Assembly: GCA_020632415.1 (NCBI GenBank)
Contig: JACKFO010000002.1
Location: 322,732 to 386,731, forward strand
Length of the DNA: 64,000 nucleotides
Direction: 5' to 3'
DNA from: Candidatus Nomurabacteria bacterium
GTDB taxonomy: Bacteria > Patescibacteriota > Patescibacteriia > UBA1558 > GWA2-36-10
The notes beneath the pieces are model-generated. The model was not told where the DNA came from, searched no databases, and saw only the letters and a list, made by a program, of their open reading frames with translations. Both the position numbers and the translations under genes were made by a program. Below, piece after piece: positions 60,075 to 64,000 of the stretch; the stretch's first letter is position 1; each line of letters opens with the position of its first letter.

Positions 60075-60182
60075 ATTTTTTATAATTTTTCTAAAAAAGT
60101 ACTCATAGATTAGCAAAAAATCATTATATTGTCAACCTCAGGTATAAAAATATCCCAATTGCCCTGCATAAAATCAAATGGG

Positions 60183-60211
60183 TTGACAAAATATATATTA
60201 TATGATATAAT
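60183..60211 (+). promoter_or_regulatory. consensus promoter TTGACA-17(ends TGA)-TATAAT for the cassette-E gene
   Basis: -35 60183-60188, -10 60206-60211. RBS GGAGG at 60250-60254. Confidence 0.55.
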
Positions 60212-60260
60212 ACCAAAGAATTGGACATTTTCACAACAAAAGCAGCAGTTGGAGGAAATC

Positions 60261-60737
60261 ATGAATTGGCGAAAAATTGCACTTCTGTGCCTACTTCTTG
60301 CTTTGCCGATGTGGATGCTGATCCGTTCTATGCTGCCTTCGCAGTCAGTTATGGAACAGCTCCAGGAGATCGCCGATCGAACTCCCATTCACTTCGCTTT
60401 GTTGGTCGATGGACAGAGAATCGAGTATTTCGGCTTTGCCATCGATACCAGCACAGCAGCGGATACGAGTTTCGTCGAAAATCTCTACTTCTACGATCAA
60501 GTCGTGATCTGCAACATTCCAGGAGAGAACCAGTACCTCGAAGTACTCAAGGACACCCTGGATACGATCGACCCTCTGGGCACAGTCAAAGATCACGCTC
60601 CATTGGTCGGAGGCGACTACATCATCGAAGCCTACGATGCTTGGACGGATTCCCTCAAGTTCAGAGCGCGAATTCGCGCCGAACACATTGACGGAGAACC
60701 GTACATCTTCGATGATCAGAACCTTGTCAACAACTGA
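60261..60737 (+). CDS. secreted ORFan (158 aa, cassette E)
   Basis: GC about 55%. Signal peptide MNWRKIALLCLLLALPMW. Start trimmed to the SD-preceded ATG. No known domain. Confidence 0.5.
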   Translation: MNWRKIALLCLLLALPMWMLIRSMLPSQSVMEQLQEIADRTPIHFALLVDGQRIEYFGFAIDTSTAADTSFVENLYFYDQVVICNIPGENQYLEVLKDTLDTIDPLGTVKDHAPLVGGDYIIEAYDAWTDSLKFRARIRAEHIDGEPYIFDDQNLVNN

Positions 60738-60758
60738 CGCCCCCAATCCCCCCGGATC

Positions 60759-60810
60759 GATCCCGGCACAACACAGCAGCAGCTGTCGCGTGTCGGGATC
60801 ATTTTTATTT
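60759..60810 (+). terminator. intrinsic terminator of cassette E; its T-tract overlaps the stop codon of the convergent sufU
   Basis: GATCCCGGCACA...TGTCGGGATC followed by ATTTTTATTT. The sufU TAA is the complement of 60809-60811. Confidence 0.45.
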
Positions 60811-61207
60811 ACATCAAATCATCCCAAGTTCGCAAGGGATTTTTTTGTTCGGCTAAAATAATATTTTGCACTGTGATCAGGCCCAACAAAACACATTTAT
60901 AGCGCCGCTCACCAACTGGTAACCCCAACATATCCAGTAAGCTCTGATAATTAATAGCTAAAACTTCTGTAATATTTTGACCAATCAACTTTTCACTTAA
61001 AATTGACATTGCCGCGACCGAAATCGCACAACCATTAGCTTCAAATTTTAAGTCCTCTATCTGATCATCTTTAATTCTCAGATCAACGGCAAGTTGGTCG
61101 CCACAAGAGCGATTCATTTGTTTGCCAGAAATTTTTGGCTCAGCAAGACGACCGTGATTGCGTGGCTGTTTATAATGTTCGATAATATTTTGAGCGTAAA
61201 GATCCAT
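60809..61207 (-). CDS. sufU: SufU/IscU-type Fe-S cluster scaffold
   Basis: Three conserved Cys (RSCGD, ANGCAIS) plus the SufU-type insertion. Confidence 0.85.
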   Translation of the reverse strand: MDLYAQNIIEHYKQPRNHGRLAEPKISGKQMNRSCGDQLAVDLRIKDDQIEDLKFEANGCAISVAAMSILSEKLIGQNITEVLAINYQSLLDMLGLPVGERRYKCVLLGLITVQNIILAEQKNPLRTWDDLM

Positions 61208-61212
61208 ATGCG

Positions 61213-62430
61213 TTAAATAAATTTCTGATTAATTTTTTCTAATTCCCTAATAAAAATATCAATTTCTTCTTTAGTGTTATAAAAAGCAAGACTTGCTCTC
61301 ACAGTCGCGGGCACTTGCAAAAAATCATGTAAAGGTTGTGTGCAGTGCTGACCAGCTCGAAGAATAATTCCTGCCTCTCCTAATAAATCACCAACATCAT
61401 GAGCATGTACATTTTTTAAATTAAAAGCAAGGCTGGACAAATGATTTTCTACTATTTGTGGACCATAAATTTCCACGAAATCTAAATTTTGTAATTGTTG
61501 CAATAAATATTCTGTCAGTTCTTTTTCAATTTTTGCAATCTGATCCAAACCAAAATCATTGACAAAATCTATCGTCGCCCCATAAGCCACTACATCAGCA
61601 ATATTTGGCGTACCAGCCTCAAACTTATGTGGTAATTCATTAAGTGTAAAGTGATCTAAAAATACATCGGCAATCATATCACCGCCACCCAAAAATTCTG
61701 GCATTTCTTTTAACAATTCTTCACCGGCATATAAAACGCCAACGCCAGTTGGACCAAACATTTTATGAGCTGAAAAAGCTACGAAATTTGCACCTAAATT
61801 TTGGACATCAATTTTCTGATGAGCGATAACTTGCGCCGCGTCTAACAAAACTTTAATTCCTTTGCTTTGCGCTAGCTTGATTAGATCACTGATCTCATGA
61901 ACATTGCCCAAAGTATTTGAAGCCATTTGCAGGCTCAAAAATTTCACACCTGCTTGAGAAATTAATTCTTTGGCCTGTTTTAAGTCTAAATTTCCTTCTG
62001 GATCCAAAGTAATAAAAACTAATTCAATGCCAATTTCTTTTTTTAATTGTAACCAAGGTACGATATTTGAATGATGCTCAAGTATCGACAAAACTACCTT
62101 ATCACCTGCTTTTAAAAAATGCTGGCCATAAGTTTTGGCTACCAAATTAATACTCTCGGTAGTATTACGAGTAAAAACTATTTCCTTTTTATTTTTAGCG
62201 TTGATAAATTTTGCTACTTTTTCTCTAGTTGCCTCATGCATTTCAGTAGCTCTATCAGCTAAAGGATTTAAACCGCGATGAATATTAGAATTGTGCTTCT
62301 GATAAAAATCAACTAAAGCATCGATCATCACCTGTGGTTTTTGGGTAGTTGCAGCATTATCAAAATAAACCAGAGGCCGATCATTAATCTTGGTTTCTAA
62401 AATCGGAAACAGACTACGAATTTTGTTCAT
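61213..62430 (-). CDS. sufS: cysteine desulfurase (SufS, class V aminotransferase)
   Basis: PLP lysine SAHKMFGPTGVG. Catalytic Cys loop RAGQHCTQP. Confidence 0.9.
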   Translation of the reverse strand: MNKIRSLFPILETKINDRPLVYFDNAATTQKPQVMIDALVDFYQKHNSNIHRGLNPLADRATEMHEATREKVAKFINAKNKKEIVFTRNTTESINLVAKTYGQHFLKAGDKVVLSILEHHSNIVPWLQLKKEIGIELVFITLDPEGNLDLKQAKELISQAGVKFLSLQMASNTLGNVHEISDLIKLAQSKGIKVLLDAAQVIAHQKIDVQNLGANFVAFSAHKMFGPTGVGVLYAGEELLKEMPEFLGGGDMIADVFLDHFTLNELPHKFEAGTPNIADVVAYGATIDFVNDFGLDQIAKIEKELTEYLLQQLQNLDFVEIYGPQIVENHLSSLAFNLKNVHAHDVGDLLGEAGIILRAGQHCTQPLHDFLQVPATVRASLAFYNTKEEIDIFIRELEKINQKFI

Positions 62431-63238
62431 AAAATTTTATTTTATTCAATAAATTATCTAATCTATTCTTAATTTCCGGATGATTAATTTTTACAGTTAA
62501 TTTATCTAGCAAACTTTGCCAGATTAATTTTTTGATCTGAGCTTCTGTCAAAGCACGATTTTGTAAATAAAAACTTTGTTCTGGACTTAAATGACTAATT
62601 TTTGCGGCATGCGAGGCTTTGACTTGATTTGGCTCAACGGACAAACCAGGCGTTAAATTAACTTTAGCCTCTTTTGACCAAATAAAAGCTTCCATTTCCA
62701 AACGGGCTTCTGTATTAATCGCTGCTTTTTTAATCAATAAATCACTAAAATAATTAATCCTGGCTCGATCATCAGCCAAAGTTATGATTTTAATACTTCC
62801 TTCGCCAGCCGGATAAAGAAAATTATTATTTTCTTGCAAACTAAAATGCAAATCATTATTCAAATAAACAAAAACTTGATGCTCTAAATGACTATGACTA
62901 TCTAAATACTGATTTAAACTAAGCTCAGCTGGACTTTGTAAATAAAAATAATAATTATGTAAAACACTATTAATTCCTAATTTGATAACTCTTGCTTCAG
63001 AAAAAAGACTGCCTTGTTGATTTAAAACAAAAACATAGTCTACCAAAACATTATCTTTGATAATAATTTCTGTTTTAAGTTTTTGCTTAAGCTGACTTTC
63101 TTGATCAATCAATTCAAAAACTAAACAGTCTTCACTTAAAACAATTTGTTCTTGCTGTTTTCTGCTACTCTGATCAATGATAATTATTTTTTTATTCAAC
63201 ATATAATTATCCAACGCTCCCTTCCATTTCCAGTTCAA
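62414..63238 (-). CDS. sufD: Fe-S cluster assembly protein SufD (short form)
   Basis: C-terminal SufB/SufD signature ASHAAKISHLSPEQSFYLQNRALTEAQIKKLIWQSL. 274 aa, shorter than E. coli SufD. Confidence 0.65.
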   Translation of the reverse strand: MNWKWKGALDNYMLNKKIIIIDQSSRKQQEQIVLSEDCLVFELIDQESQLKQKLKTEIIIKDNVLVDYVFVLNQQGSLFSEARVIKLGINSVLHNYYFYLQSPAELSLNQYLDSHSHLEHQVFVYLNNDLHFSLQENNNFLYPAGEGSIKIITLADDRARINYFSDLLIKKAAINTEARLEMEAFIWSKEAKVNLTPGLSVEPNQVKASHAAKISHLSPEQSFYLQNRALTEAQIKKLIWQSLLDKLTVKINHPEIKNRLDNLLNKIKFYEQNS

Positions 63239-64000
63239 TCATTCGATTCATTTCTACTGCGTATTCTAGTGGCAATTCTCGAGTAATTGGCTCAATAAAA
63301 CCATTGACAATCATCTTAGCTGCCTCTTCTTCAGAAAGCCCGCGTGAACGTAAATAAAAAATATCTGTTTCTGAAATTTTTCCAGCCCTTGCTTCGTGAG
63401 CAATGGTTGCCGTTGGATTATCAATCTTCATTTGCGGTATAGTTTCTGTTTTTGAATCATCATCAAGAAGCAAAGCATCGCAATTAACCGTTGCTTTGAT
63501 ATTATCTGCTTTGCCTTTAACTTCTAACAAACCGCGGTAAATAGATTTTCCACCGCCACGGCTAATACTTTTCATCACTATATTTGAACTGGTTTCTGAT
63601 GCTAGGTGAATTACTTTTGCGCCAGTGTCTTGAATTTGCCCAGAGTTAGCAAAGGCCAAGCCCAAATGATCAGCCGAAGCTCCTCGGCCAAGTAAAACAG
63701 AACAAGGATAAAGCATGGTCACATTGGAGCCAAAATTTCCGCCAACCCATTCCATGTGAGCATTTTCAGAAACCATTGCTCGTTTGGTATTCAAATTATA
63801 AGCATCTTTACTCCAACTTTCGACACTACTATAACGAAATCGTGCATTATCTTTGACGTAAATTTCTACACAACCAGCATGTAAAGAATCAACACCATAA
63901 CGTGGCGCCGAACAACCCTCGATATAATGTCCTTGAGCATCACTTTCGATGATAATTAAAGTATGTTCAAATTGTCCCATACCTTTGGCATTCATTCGAA
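63207..64000 (-). CDS. sufB: Fe-S cluster assembly protein SufB (N-terminal part beyond the window end)
   Basis: Highly conserved SufB C-terminal two thirds (...GHYIEGCSAPRY...AHEARAGKISETDIFYLRSRGLSEEEA...). The reading frame remains open to position 64000. Confidence 0.85.
   Translation of the reverse strand, partial: RMNAKGMGQFEHTLIIIESDAQGHYIEGCSAPRYGVDSLHAGCVEIYVKDNARFRYSSVESWSKDAYNLNTKRAMVSENAHMEWVGGNFGSNVTMLYPCSVLLGRGASADHLGLAFANSGQIQDTGAKVIHLASETSSNIVMKSISRGGGKSIYRGLLEVKGKADNIKATVNCDALLLDDDSKTETIPQMKIDNPTATIAHEARAGKISETDIFYLRSRGLSEEEAAKMIVNGFIEPITRELPLEYAVEMNRMIELEMEGSVG

Overview
This 64-kb window comes from a low-GC (about 33-36%) bacterium in which most genes sit on the minus strand. 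Its recognisable genes are housekeeping: a DEAD-box helicase, pyrG, rplI, a Ctp protease, murA, lexA, rpmA, an ftsE/ftsX/RlpA-like/FtsB-like division cluster, corA, dus, mutM, fba, tpiA, a DacA-like carboxypeptidase, rluB, scpA/scpB, aspS, asnS, argS, dnaB, ybaB, recR, rplU and sufU/sufS/sufD/sufB. There are six tRNAs: Gln, Thr-GGU, Tyr, Thr-CGU, Asn and Lys. The rest is hypothetical: three large cadherin-like surface proteins with poly-Gly linkers, a 1699-aa coiled-coil protein, and PEGA, CAP, SIMPL, SdpI-like and GIY-YIG proteins. Host genes almost never have a Shine-Dalgarno sequence but do have near-consensus TTGACA-17-TATAAT-type promoters. The lineage cannot be fixed from sequence; the gene set would fit a reduced-genome, possibly Patescibacteria-like, organism. 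The main anomaly is a set of at least eight small, self-contained cassettes scattered among the housekeeping genes, at roughly 3.9, 23.5-25.6, 31.3-32.8, 45.0-45.5, 49.7-50.5, 53.9-54.6, 56.7-57.3 and 60.2-60.8 kb. Each carries ORFs of very different composition (up to about 55-60% GC, E. coli-like codon choice) and a canonical GGAGG ribosome-binding site, which the host genes lack. Each also has its own near-consensus sigma70-type promoter and its own GC-rich intrinsic terminator. Their products are ORFans I cannot assign: a beta-barrel-like secreted protein, three secreted or cytoplasmic proteins, an Ala-rich polytopic membrane protein preceded by a 22-aa peptide, a 449-aa membrane protein, a 79-aa two-TM protein, and two related 28/32-aa peptides that share identical terminators. 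No integrase, transposase, CRISPR array or rRNA is present. The cassettes look like precise insertions of foreign or engineered genes under host-type promoters, whether as a dispersed novel accessory system or as artificial constructs. I regard them as the most interesting content of the window.
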